Position numbers and translations under genes: made by a program
Part shown: in pieces, positions 22,901-36,000 of the stretch
How positions within the stretch are numbered: position 1 is the first letter of the stretch
Layout: each line of letters begins with the position of its first letter
Source: Chlorokybus atmophyticus
Lineage: Eukaryota > Plantae > Mesostigma and Chlorokybus algae
DNA: 64,000 bases
Reading direction: 5' to 3'
Assembly (NCBI GenBank): GCA_009103225.1
Contig: RHPI01001737.1
Span: 508,286-572,285, forward strand
The notes under the pieces: generated by a model
The model's input: the letters and a program-made list of their open reading frames with translations, nothing else
Told to the model about the DNA's origin: nothing
The model's database searches: none

Positions 22901-25900
22901 GAGGGTGACAAAGCTGCTCGCCAAATGGGCAAAGTTTGACGTGTCGCGCTCCTTCAGCACATGGCGCACGGTAAGGACCCCTCTTTGACTTGTGTGTGCG
23001 CGTGAATGTGAGCATGCGTGCATGTGTGTGTGTGTGTGTGTGTGTGCGCGTATCCCACACACGCGGATGCTTGCGATCGTCTCAGCACTCACTTGATAAA
23101 ACGGCTCTGATGTCTGCTTTTGCAGTGGCTGTCGGAGTTGAGAGAGTCCAGAACTAAGCAAGCCGTCGATGAAATGCGCACAAAGTGAGTGCTTGGTGCA
23201 GACAGGCTAACCCCGCAGCACAATGCTAGCTCATCTGAGAGTCTAAAATACTGTTGTCAATGCGCAGCAATCAAGCTCTGATGCAAGCCGTGGAGATATG
23301 GCGCACAAAGTTTGAGGAGACCCTTCGCAGCTGTGAGAGCTTACAGGTGAGAGGAGCGTGAACAGATTGTACACATAGCTCAAAGGTACACATAGAGCTC
23401 TTTCTGGCAACATTTGCTGAGGATATTGATGTTCTGTGCTTAACTCAGGGGGAGCTGGAGGCAGCTCAGGTGGCAGTGGAGGAAGCCAATGAAAGGACAG
23501 ACAAGTTCAAGCAGGCGCTCGCAGAAGCGCACTTGCAGCTGAAGGTATGTCAGGCCTCGTGTAGCGTGTCAGGGGAGGTGTATGCATGTTGGGTGTGCCC
23601 AACATGCATACATGTACTTGATTTGCATGTTGGGTTGCTGCTCGCGGCTTTGTATTGGGATGCGGTGCGCGTTGTCGTGACCAGTCAGAGCAGAGGCATG
23701 TAGCAATGTGTGTCTGCTGGAAGGATGATACATCGTGGGTTTATTAAGCTTGCATTGCTTGCCTTTTTCAGGATGAGAAGCAACTGGAGCTTCAGGAGCT
23801 GGCCAGCATCTGCCAGGTACACCCTGAAACCATGCTTGCGTGGTGCTGTTGTCACGGCAGGTGTTGGTTCATATATAGCGTGCTTGTGTTGCGCAGGGGG
23901 CTTGCGTAAGTATCGCCATTGCAGAAGTTGACCGCCTGCGAACGCGGCTCGAAGGATTCAAGTACCAGGCAAGCTTAACCACAGCTAATGCTTGGATGAA
24001 GCAACGAGTTGGTTGCAGACTGAGTAACCGTTGACGCTGCTTCTTCTGCAGAACCCTTCACTGCTGCTGCAACCGCTAGAGACATCACCACTGTCACTCA
24101 ATGACGTTCCCAAACCGGTAAATGCTTGCATGCAAGCAGGACACCTTGAATCCTGTCGTTTGCCAAGCATGCTGCGGATGCTCTGAGTGCTGTATACAGT
24201 TTCTGCGTGTGCGTGTGCGTGCGTGTGCATGGGTGGGTGTACGATACGAGTATGGGAGCCAACATATAACGCACCATGGCCATGTGCACGCTTGCGGGGG
24301 CATGTGTTGATGGTGGACATTGCTTACAAGCACAAGTGTGGTGTGTGTTACGCGTGCAGGAGCTGGTCATGCGCTGGATCAACCACCACCTGACGCAACT
24401 GGGCCAAGAAACCGTCTCCAACTTCTCCACAGACTTCGCGGACGGGCGGGTGCTTGCGGCGTTGTGTCACATTGCAAATCCAAAAGCGTGCCCGTTGAAA
24501 CACAACACCGATGAGGTGAGGGTTGTGGCGCTGCACATCACACGAGCTTAGAGTCTGCAGTGGGTGTTGACTTGCTGTTCTGTCCCTGATGGAATGGCAA
24601 TTGAGTTAATGCTGCGCATGATGCATAGGCGAGCGGTCGTGCTGTTGCACAGAAGGTGTTGCAGGACATGACCACATTGCTGGGAATGCCGGAGGGTATG
24701 CTGACAGTTGATGACATTCTGGTACGTATTAAACAAAAAGATGTGCCGCTTATGTACAATACGACCTTTTCACCAGCATGTCTAGCCTCAGTGCCCTGGT
24801 GATGCACACTGACTCCTGCTGCATGATGCTGTTCAATCCACAGAATGGCAGCAGTGACCTGCTGTACTCCGCTTGCTGCCACGTGATGGAGTACTTTGGG
24901 TCCCTTGATCGCGCTCCAGCTGACTCAAAAGTCACCGAAGAGCTGGCGAAAGCACAGGTCTATCAGTTGGCATTTGTGACTGTATACATGGAATGTGTCT
25001 GTTTTGCTCATGCGTATGGCAACTTACACACAGGCGGAGGTTGAGCAGTTTGCTCGTCTGGACCTGATGGCCCACCAGAACGCCGCTGGCGCCCTGCAAA
25101 GCTTCATAGCGGCTCTCACAAAGGTGCACTGGCAGACTTTGTCATGGTTCTTTGCTAACACAGTAGTAGCCAACATCAGCTTCTAGCATGCACACACACA
25201 TGCGCAAACCCTCCTGTCCGTTGTCCCACTCAGGTTTGCGAGACTGTGAACGCATATGAACAGAAGCTGCAGGCCGGCCACGCCCTCTTCAAGAAGCTTA
25301 CGCAGGCAGCATCAAGGTCAGAACAAAATTGTGCGGGCTTTTGCACTGCCTGCTTGTAACCAAGCCAACTGGGCACCAATTGTGTCACAGGTACGCGAAG
25401 CACATGTACACGCAGCGTGCGGCAGGAGAAGTGGTGGAGATACTCGCCGCCAAAAGTGCCGACAACTTGGTAAAGCCCTGCAAGTGTAGCACTACTCATA
25501 CAAGACTCAAATGTCATGTCGTGATATAACAACATCTTGCGTCGTATTATAGTTTTCAGCAGCTCGACTAGTGCCCATGCTCGGCACCAAGCCCGAGGAG
25601 CGTGACGCCGCTGTGGTGAAACTGCGCACGGTCTGGCGCCGGTATGGCAAGCAGCTGGGCAAGCTTTTCTCCCGGTACGCTACAGCTGAAGCTTCTACTT
25701 CAGGAAGGTGAGTTGCTGGAAATGCACTTGCAACATAATCCACTTAGCAGTATCATGATAATACCGGTCACTGACCTTGCTGGTTGTGTAATCTTACTGG
25801 GCTTGCCTTTGTGCCCTTGTCGAGCAGGTCAACCACACAGTCAGAGTCAAAGGGGTTGTCCGTGAAGCCGGGCGGGTCTTCCATGCCCGGGTCACCACAG

Positions 25901-27594
25901 CCAGGGTACACCAAGTGTCTGTGCATCTATGTCACGCTCAGAGAAGAAGTGATGCACTTACACATGTTGTTGTTCACCTCAGGTCCGGTAGTGTGGCCGC
26001 CTTGCCAATGTCACTGCGGGCGAGCGCGCGTGCACCTCGACGCGGGTTGACGGTGTGGGAGTTCAGAGACTTTGCACGCGACATGCGTCTCGTGCAAGAC
26101 GGCGCGGATAGCATCGCCCTCGAGAAGGCGATTTTTGACACAGGTATGATGTTGCAGAAGTGCACACGCGTATGCAACAGTGTTGACCTCAAACAACCCG
26201 ACGCAGTGGCTCTCAACGACGAGCCCATCGCGCAACCAAACCCAACGCGATCAGGTGAAAGCTCTGTGAAGGATGCGCAGCAGCAAGCGGCTGAATCCGT
26301 TGCGCCCGCAACGCACATCACAGACAAGGACGTGAGTACACATACATGCCACATTGTCTCATCAGCTAACTTGAACCCACAACAATCACACAACTTGCAG
26401 GGTGCGGATGAGGCGAACACCCCGCAGGCGTGGTATAAACGCGCTCCGATCGTGACCAAAGATCAGTGGCCTGAGCTCCTGGTATGTATGCACGCATGGG
26501 GTGGCTGGCATGTCGTGCGCGTTGTGTGTGTACTCGCACCCATGTGTTGCCAACTGCTATGCGTGCCAGCTGCGTGTGGCGGTGTGTTTGGCGAGCGAGG
26601 GCACGTGCTGGGAGCGACTGGAGAGTCTCATCAGCGGGCGGCTGTTGCCGGTCCTGTACAGCAGTGATGCGGGCGGCAAGGGACCTGTACAGGACTTCAG
26701 GAACATGCTCCGTAACATGGTAAGTGTTGGTTAACACACACTTTAAGCTTCAAGTCCATGCCTCAACTTGAGAGAGAACCTGTTTGAGAGTGTAAAGTGA
26801 ACTCACTGTATGCATACCTAAATCGCACACTCGTTTCTCTAAGCACACACGTAGAGCGGGTCCACTCCAGACTGCCAGTCTTGGTTCCTTGCCACATACA
26901 GTTTGTGGAAAGGAACTATATATATACAGTACCTACATGCAGGATGTGCGACCGGTGTTTGTGGTGCACCACGGCGTGCTGTACGACATATTCACCAACT
27001 ACGCGCGTGGCGAGGACGGGTTGTCTACGAGTTCTGTCTCCTCCACAGCAAGGCTCAGGGGCCGCCTTTCCACTCGCAACCAGATGAATATAACAGTCAC
27101 AACGCAGCCGCTTCTGATGTCTTTTGAAGGCGCGATGCAAGTGCTGCAGGATGTGGGCGCCATTGGACCTCCTTTTACAGAAGAAGACGCTTTGCAGGTA
27201 CTGAAAGCATGGCATGCATGGTTCACACCACATCGAAAGTGCAGCTTGTTCCGTGTTGATGTTTGTTGGACTTTCCAGCAGCAGGATGCAACAATAACAT
27301 GGGATGTGTTTTGCATGCGTGGTGTAGCAGCCAACCTCTGCTTAGTTGAGCGTTTACACACCCACATGCAACTCTGCTTGATGTGTGGTTGTGCCTGCGC
27401 AGTGTTATGACGCGGTTGCTGCCGCCCCGCCAGCGCTCGCTCATGTAGGCCGGAGATCGCTCACGTACACCGAGTGGCTGGAGTTCATATCGACCTGCGC
27501 ACTCATGTGGCGTGCTCACCCGTTCGAGCCGGTGGCCGCGCGCATTGACACATTTATCAAAGAGACATTTGTTCTGCTAAAGGAAGATGGATAA
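19959..27594 (+). CDS. Large multi-exon coiled-coil protein with Sfi1-like WR repeats, a calponin-homology domain and an EF-hand-like C-terminus; probable cytoskeletal or flagellar-apparatus protein
   Basis: Phase-consistent GT-AG exon chain beginning MALRAAGWDISGF. CH domain: ELVMRWINHHL..VSNFSTDFADGRVLAALCHIANP (~24360-24510). C-terminus: LTYTEWLEFISTCA..KEDG* at 27594. The 5' exons are less certain. Confidence 0.75.
21745..21784. repeat. Intronic (GAGT)n tetranucleotide repeat
   Basis: gagtgagtgagt run immediately after a splice donor. Confidence 0.85.
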
Positions 27595-27898
27595 CAGAAA
27601 GAAACGGGTGCGTGTGCTGTGTGGCAGCACGAGTTGATGTGTACATACTTGACTGCAACATCTTGTGTAATTACACGCAAGCGCATACATGTGTTGAATG
27701 GTTTATGTGTATGGTGTGTGCATACACATGTGCATGTGTATGTGTGCATACGCGTGTGTACGTGAACGTGTGTGTGGGTGTGTAGCTGTATGCATACTCG
27801 TACAAGTATGTTTGACAACAGCAGTTGTGTCCAGACACGAACACAAAGCCCGATATGACGGATGGGCCCGCAAACAGCAACTGCCATATTTACAATGT

Positions 27899-28865
27899 TC
27901 ACGTGTTGAGTGCGGCCTCTGCTGCATGGCCCGGTGCGCCACCTGTGAGCGAGAGGGCCCGCCACAGCTCGCGCCCGAGCAGCGCCTCCCCACCCAGCAG
28001 GAAGGTCAGTGCCCACGGCACCAATACCGCTGCGGACACCGCCGCCCCCATGGCACAGCGCCGCACATCTGGTAGATGCAACACAACACGGTGAGCCAAC
28101 GACAAGTAAACCAGTGAGTCCTACACTTACATAAACGCTTAGCGCATGTGCGAGCTGCTGGTGAGTGAATGAGAGTGTGAGCATGAGGGTCAGTGTGTAA
28201 GAGAGTTGTATAATGTGCGTAGGATACACATATGGGGTCATGCAAGAAAGAGGAGTAAAGCATTTGTCTACTGCTTGCACTGCGCAAGCCGCAATGCACA
28301 ACGAGTGCTGCATGTGTGCACTCCCTTCTTCCCCCATGTTCAATCAAGCGTACATGGTTTGGCGGGGTGTGGGTGGGGAGAGCGAAGAATGGGCCAGAAG
28401 TACGCGCACGCCACGCACCACAACCACGGCAAACCCACGAACCCCGCGTAGTACAGTAGATCAAATTGCAGTTAAGGGGGCAGCATGGCTGACTGAAACA
28501 ACGACACAACATAACACAACGCAGTGCGACCATCATCATCACCACCACAGCAGCAGCAGCAGCAGCAGCGACGACAACACAGCAACCTACACAATACAAA
28601 CAACGACGACGATAGCTTTGGCAACACAGCGTGAAAGCAATTCGTGTAACATTGCTTGAATGCGCTTCACATGAGCACAAGAGTGAGCACTACGCAGGAC
28701 AGTTGAACGTAGTAAGGTTGGGGGGATATTTTTCCTAGCGAGCGGCATGGCCTCCTCGTCGCTGACTCCAGCCTCGCCGTCGATGGTGGGGTGCCAAGGC
28801 TCCGCGTGCAGCACCTCAGCCTCGCCGCTGCCGCCTTGCCTGGCGGCGGGCTCCATCTCGTCCAT
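27899..28865 (-). CDS. PEN2: Gamma-secretase subunit PEN-2; 3 exons, first intron AT-AC
   Basis: Spliced product: MDEME..WHPTIDGEAGVSDEEAMPLARK-MYYAGFVGLPWLWCVACAYFWPILRSPHPHPAKP-YVRRCAMGAAVSAAVLVPWALTFLLGGEALLG..*. Matches the plant PEN-2 motifs WPTIDG, GFAxLPWLW and WALTFxxGGE. Confidence 0.93.
28456..28729 (-). other. U12-type (minor spliceosome) AT-AC intron in PEN-2, 274 nt
   Basis: Minus strand: 5' end ATATCCCC, branch CCCCTTAAC (28479-28471), 3' end ..TCTAC. Removal restores R-K-M-Y-Y-A-G-F in frame. Confidence 0.85.
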
Positions 28866-29189
28866 GCGGCCTGGAAGCAAGGCACGCCTACCCCTTCTTT
28901 GCTACATCGGCAGTCCTGCCGCCGCCGCCCCGTCCCTTACTTGTAGCTTGGCCTGGCCTGGTTGAATTGCTAGCGCACCGGTATTTCGGATACTGCCGTA
29001 ACCGAGCTCGCTTAGTCCAGTGAGTTGACTTTACATTCATTCAGGACACGGATTCATTGTTTGTGAATCTCAACAGCCCAAACACGGTGATTTGTGACGT
29101 GTTGCGTAACCGCGATACGGACTACGGGATATCCTCGGCCTGATTGCCACACACAACGTGCGTGTCTTGTGGCCTGGCCTGGTCTGGCG

Positions 29190-32100
29190 ATGGCTGTGGC
29201 GGCGGGGTTGTTGTCCGGGGCGGCTGCGGCCGGGCGGCCTTCCTTTCCAGCCGCTGCGTCGGCGCCGACGTCGTCGTACTTGTTGGCGGGGCCTGCCTCC
29301 GCGTGGCGGTGGAGGCAGCAGCCGGAACCTGCGGCGCAGCGAGCATGGCTGTCGCCATCACCGCCGCCTCCACAGCAGCAGCATCGCTATGCATGCAGGT
29401 GGCGGCGCATGCCTGTCACCACCACCTCCGCCTGGACGTCGGAAAAGCGAGGAGGAGGAGCCGGCAGCAGCAACTTTCCGGTGAGCAGCATGCACAGACC
29501 GTCCAGAGCTGCCGGCACGTTGTTGCTTGACACATTGCGTGCTTGTAGTTCTGCTTGCTATTGTGAGTGCGGTGTCATAGCCAACAGCTTTGCTCCAAGC
29601 TGTCTCCAACATGAGCACATGAGCTTGACGAAACACTGGCGCACAGCCTTACTTTGCATGCTTGTGGCTGACTTCTGTTGAAACGCGTTGGTGACTAGTG
29701 CAGCCAATAGCCGTGCTTATGTTTCAAGCATGCGTCTTCCAGTTGTTGCAACAGCAGAACAAGTGTAAGCTACCAGTTCCCCGCCTTTGTCGAGCGAACA
29801 CAATGCACTCGCACACGCACACTCACATATTGGTGGCAAGCAGAAACAGCTGTGCCAGCTCGTACACAGTGAACAGCTGCATCCTGGTTGTCGTCATCAT
29901 TGGCCTTATGATTATCACCATCACCATAGTCACAATTGGCACAACAGGATGGTGTGTATGGGGACACATCCAACGAGTCAAGCGACGATGATGAAGACTG
30001 GTTCCTCGCCAGAGAAGAGGAGGCAGCAGCAGCACTGGAAGAGCGGGCAGGCACGCCATCAACCTCCGCTCCCTCCTCCTCATCAGAAGTCTCGCAAGGG
30101 TCCAACCTATGGAGCCGGCTGGCGGCGGCAGGGCGTGGCGGGGAGGATGGACGGAGACCTGAGGGTGCCCTTGGTGTGTTGGGCCTGCCTCGCCCCGCCG
30201 GACCCGCCTCACGCGTGCGATCACCGCCCTCGCCCGTCCCGCCCGGGGGCAACAGCACCCCGCGACAAACGCCGAGCTACGAGGTGTGTGCTGGGCAAGG
30301 CAGGCGTGACACATAGTGTGTGTTTCTGTAACGTGTTGTCTGACTATCTCAAAGAGCGAGCATCAGCTTTCCGAGCCGTGTGCGTGTATGAGTACCGATG
30401 CACAAGTCTTGCAAGCTTGTGATCATTATAAGCAAGCAGCACAACTTGGTCCTTTGAGTGACTCCCAGTCAGTAGTGACATCGTTTGCTTGTGTGCAGTC
30501 AGTAGCAACACTACTTGTAATGAATCGTCCATCTCAATCAGTTGTCAACAGGTGCTGAGGGTGAAAGCGGACGGCAGCTCAGAGCTTAAGCAATTGGCGA
30601 GGAGGTCGTTGCTGCACTCGAGCGGGCTGCGGCCGCGTGACCTGCGCCACGTGGACCCCTCCCTCGTCATCTACGAGAACTCCCCTGTCGTCCTCGTCCG
30701 CAAGAACGTGTGGCTCGTGTCCGTTGGCCTTGTTCGCGCATGCATTGCTCGCGACTTTGCGCTGCTCTTTGACCCCCATAGGTGAGTTGTCGACAAGCAG
30801 CAAGTAAAGGAGGTGCACAATTTCCTCACACACGCACGCAGCGTACACACAGGCAGAATCATGTGCACGTGCCAATGTACACGGCCTGCCTGCCTGCATG
30901 CACATGTGTTTAGTTTGTTGTGAAGTATCACACATTCGCACAGGCATGCATATATGTATGTGCCCTTGGCCATGTACATGTGCACGCACACATGCATGCG
31001 CATGTACAAAAGCATGCACGTGTACAGAATGCGAGTCGTTCATGTTGCTGTTGTGCTCGTGGCATAACATATGTCCTCGTTTTGTGCGCACAGTGCGAGC
31101 ACAAGGGAGGTGGCAGAGGCGCTCAAGAGCAGGCTGGGCTATTACGGCAGCAACAGCGACAACAGTGACAACGACGGTGCCAATGGTCAGCATGGTGCTG
31201 TGCGCTTTGAGCTCGAGGCGCTGGAGGCCATACTCATGTCCGTCACGCAGGACCTTGACGTGCAGCTCAACCGCATTGCACCTAAGGTGTGCTAACAAGT
31301 TGCCTGTAGTCTTGGTCTGCACAGCCTCTTATCTTGAGGAGAAGAACCAACAACATCATGTCACAAAAGCGCGCATACGCACATGCACAGGCATTCGCAT
31401 GCACGTACGAACACACACTTCTTCTGCAGGTGCAACATCTGCTCAGGCAAGTGCCAGAGCGGCCCAGCCCGGGTCACATAGACGGCTTGCGATCTGCAAA
31501 GCAAAGTCTGGTAAGAGTCACTGGTCACCAGTCATTCACTACTTTGGTCGCTCATCATTTCTCGCTCATCATTCCTTTGCTGTCAAACAATACGCGCAGG
31601 TGGAGATAGGGAGCCATGCTGACTCCCTCCGGCAGATGCTAATGGAGCTGCTGGAGGAGGAGGACGATATTGCCCGCATGGCCGACATGCCTTTTGAACA
31701 ACAAGAGGTTAATGGTTGGCATCGTGAAGAAAGCAAGGACTCTGCACGCTTCGCAGGTGCGTTGGTCAAGTATACATGCATGTTGCACCCCACTTCATAC
31801 AATTGTGCTTCATTTTGTTTCTTTTCATATGCATAGCTGCGTACATTTCATCTTTTGATTGTCTATAATTGGAAGTGTGTTGTTGTTTGTATAACGTTGC
31901 TGTACCTATCAGTATAAGTGTCCCAATCAGTACCAAGCAGCTGTCAGCATGGCTGCACAGCAGTATTGTTGTCGTTGGCAGGATCAGGTGAACTTGACCG
32001 CATTTTGAGATCACCATGTCATCTTGCAGGCATGCAGGAAGAGGAGGTTGAAATGTTGTTGGAGTACTACTTGGAGCGGGCTGTGTCGTGTAACATGGAG

Positions 32101-32524
32101 GCGAGGAAGCTCCTTGCCGAGGCACGTGACATGGAGGCGTCAATCGCTGTCAACATCAGGTGTGTGAGCATGCGTGCGGGTGGTGTCTGCAGGTTGCCAT
32201 ACCAAGTCATTCCCTTGGCATAAGACACGTTGATAGTTTCCAACCTCAAGTGAGTGATTGTGACTGGTTTGCTAGGATTATTGATCAGACCTGTGATTGT
32301 AGTTCGAGGCGGTACGAAGTTCAAAGGCTGGAACTGCTGCTGACACTGGGAACGTTCTCAACGGCGGTGGGGGCGATGATATCCTCCATATTTGGGATGA
32401 ACCTGCAGTCCAAGCTGGAGTATTCCGTCTTCGCCTTCTGGTTCACCACCGCGGCGATCATCATTGGATCCGCCGTGATCTTTGTCTCAATGTACTGGTA
32501 CTTGAAAAAGAAGTCTATTTTGTA
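29190..32524 (+). CDS. MRS2: MRS2/CorA-family Mg2+ transporter, plastid (MRS2-11-like) type with transit peptide; multi-exon
   Basis: GLRPRDLRHVDPSL, FELEALEAIL, EEVEMLLEYYLER, RRYEVQRLELLLTLG, IFGMNLQSKLE (GMN motif), and two C-terminal TM helices. Confidence 0.93.
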
Positions 32525-33035
32525 AGTACACTGCAGATACATGTACAGGATATGACATGCAGCCTGGGATATATGGCTGTGCCATTCTGAAGTGCCATTC
32601 TGACCTCTACATAGCAAACAGTCCGCATGGAGTGGTCTGCAGGTATTACAAGATTTTGGTTGCCAAAGGTTGCTACGCCCTTGCTGGCGTGGACATCTCT
32701 TCTCATTATGTAATATATGCAGATTAAGGGTGTGAAGTGGAATGCCACTGCACAACAGTTATGTAGGCACAAAACGCAAATGTGTACAGTTGCTAACAAG
32801 CAGCATGGCAAGCAGTCAGCAGCATACAAGCTATGCATGGCAAGCACTCGTGTCATGGGAACATGTGTGCTTGAAAACTTGATTCCTCGCAACTACTCGC
32901 ACCCACCAAGCAGATCTCAATAAATGCATTGCACGATATTGGTGGCAACCGCGAAAAATGACAATACCATAGACACTAGAGACTGTTGTATCAAGGCTGT
33001 ATATCACATGGCTATTTCGGCAGGCAAAGATTTGC

Positions 33036-36000
33036 CTAAAGAATCGCCCTTTTCTTTATGTACCTGATAATCATCCAGAACAGCATCGTGCACCCCACAA
33101 CAATGCCGGCAGTCGTGTACCAGAAAGCCCACTGCGCAGCACACATATTAGTCAACCCCGCTGCTTGCATGACTAGTACCAAGCAGCGCTTACCGCATGC
33201 AACTCCAAACGCGACTGCAGATTCATTCCAAAAATGCCTGCATCGAGGCAAACAACACAGGCGTCAAGTCAGCATGTTGACGCACAGCGGTGAGTAAGCA
33301 TTCCACAACAATAGTAGACCATCATTTGAGTAACAATCACGATGTTAACACCAATGCAGTTCCAGAGCGCAAACTCCTGTGCGCAATACCTGCAATCATT
33401 GCCCCAATCCCAACAGCAAACGCCCCGACAGTCAACAGCAGCTCTAGCCGATTCACCTCGTATCGTCGCGAGCTGTAGCAGAGCATGATTGTTTATATGT
33501 CAGACAACTTTCGTCTGCAAGAGTACAAAGCTGCAACTAGTACATAAGCTGAGGAGCACCTCAAGTGCACGGATATAGATGTTTCCATGTCTCGAGCTAC
33601 GGCCAACAGCTTCTCACACTCCATATGCACAGACACCGCTCGTTCCAAGTAGTACTCCAACAGCAACTCCACCTCCTCTTCCGCTGTGCAACACGCCACA
33701 ACAAGTGAGAATTGATATGGCATTTCGTGACCATCAAGGCTGAAATTACAGCACAATGAACCAAGATGCTGAGGCCGCTCATTTGATTGTGGCATTGAGT
33801 GATGATGCTAATGCTTGCCCCTGATGTTCACCCAAAAGGAGACGCAAATGCAGTCGTACCGGCTGCAGCCATCGCGTCATTCAGCAAAACGGGTGCGGTC
33901 GCCACCTGGGTGCCGTTATGTGACCCTGAGGGCTCCGCTGCATCATGCTGAGATTTGCTGTGCCTCTTCTTCAACTCTTCCTGCAGCGAGCCATTGTCGG
34001 AGCCATCTTCAAACAGCCACCTTGCTCGTCCCGGCCTTTGAAATGTAGCTGCTGCCTGCGCCATCTTCTTGATGTCTCCCTCCTCCTCCAACAGCTCCAG
34101 CAGCATCATGCGTATTGAGTCGGCCCTGGTGCCAATCTCCACCTGCGCAACGACTTCTGCGTGTAAATTCTAGACCACAATCCAACCTACACAACACTTA
34201 CAGCTGCCACATAGACACACAGCCAGTCCTGTACAGTTCGTACCAGTGCCTGCTTGGCTGCACGCAGCCGCTCAATGCCGCCAGGACTCAGCAACACTGG
34301 AAGCTCATTCAGAAGTTTGGTCACCTGCTGACAAAGTGCACAAACCAATGAGCCACAGACGTGCCAAGGGCAAGGTGGTACCCCGGCAATGTAGCTTACA
34401 TCTCCACCCGCATACCTGAGGCGCCACTTTGTTGAGTTGGTTGTCAAGTTCAATCTGTGCCGCCATAAGCGCTGACTCAACTACCTGTGAAGTCAAGTCG
34501 TTTGAGTACTCAGTACTCAAAGGGCAGTACTGGAATCTAACGAACAAAGCAGCAGGCCAGCCAGCAAAAACAATAACCTTTCCACAACATTACCTCCAAC
34601 TCAAACTGCACACGAGTTTCTTGTTGGCTGTATGCCAGCCGCCGCGTCAACGTCTCCAAAGCTGATGTAGTGGCAGGGCTGCAAAGCAAACCAAGGTCAA
34701 TGTCAGCAACTTGTATATCCCAGGACAGATTTGGCTTTTGCATCTCATCATGTGACCAACCAAACAAGCACAAGTACAACAGGCTACCTATTGTGATCAA
34801 AGAACAAGGCGCAGCCCTCTGCAATGACGGCCCTGACAGAGTGTATGCTGATCAGCCAGACGTTCCTCCGGACCTGCAACAGACAACAACCTTAAAACGA
34901 CACATTGATACACAAAGTAGCGCCAACCTTGTACCCAACTCATGGTGTGCTTGTATAAGTTGTAAACGGTTACGCACCAGAATATTTGGAGACGTCTCGT
35001 ACATTGCCATGGAAGGATCAATCCGCCGCAAGTCACGTGGCCGCAGTCCTAAAACAACTACATCAGCTCATGCACACTAACCCTGATTCCCACCTGCCCC
35101 ATCCATAACATGAGAGGCTTGTAATGCTTAGCGCTGCAACCAACAATGCAAACACTGACCTGTTTGCGATAAGAGCTGTCGTCGTGTTACAGTCACAGTC
35201 TTCTGCGAGCCATCAGACTTCAACAACAACACCTGCATCAACGTGAGCATGCCATGCTTGGTACTGGACAATGAAAACACTACTGGCTTGAGATGCTGGA
35301 TAACGTGCTGACACTGCGGCACACTGAGTGGCTCAACCAATGTCTTAGTGTAAGAACCGGACCCCTCCCTCGCAGATTTACCATAGCAATCCGTACTGAC
35401 GCTCCATTGTAGTGGGATCAGTTTGCATGCGCACGTAGTATCCACACACACACGCACACATGTACACACACATATACACGACAATGCATTATTTACACCC
35501 TCAGTTGCTGAGACATGGGGAGAACCGCAGCTGAGGCTTGAAGAGAGACCAGACCCAACCACAGGCTGCAAAGTGACAGATACAGAGTGCTCCTGTACTG
35601 CGAGACATGATGGCAAGAAGACAGTGCGCTCACCTCAAAGGAGACGCGACGATTAAATCGTGACGCCAGCTGATTCACCCTTGACGCGCCGGCATGAAGC
35701 ATGGCGGTGGCATCTGGTGACAACTGGTAAGCGCGGTCCCGGTCTTCCTCATCGTCCCAATGCTTTACGCCCCCAACGTAAGTGGCAGATGCTTGTGTCG
35801 GCTACAAGAACGAGTTTCAGAGTCAACATGTTCAGCTTGCACAGTGTCACACACTTCGCCTGCTGCTGGCCATTCAGCACTACGTAACCACCACTGCATG
35901 CAGCATGAATCAGCGACACAGCTACAAACAAGGTACACTACATCTCGATCTCTGGCAAGAGAGATCTCTTGCCAGATGCACAATATGTCAGCAACGACAT

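Noticed and set aside
30898-31836. 312-aa plus-strand ORF
   Set aside because: Read-through of MRS2 introns and off-frame exons; Cys/His/Thr-rich repeat translation.
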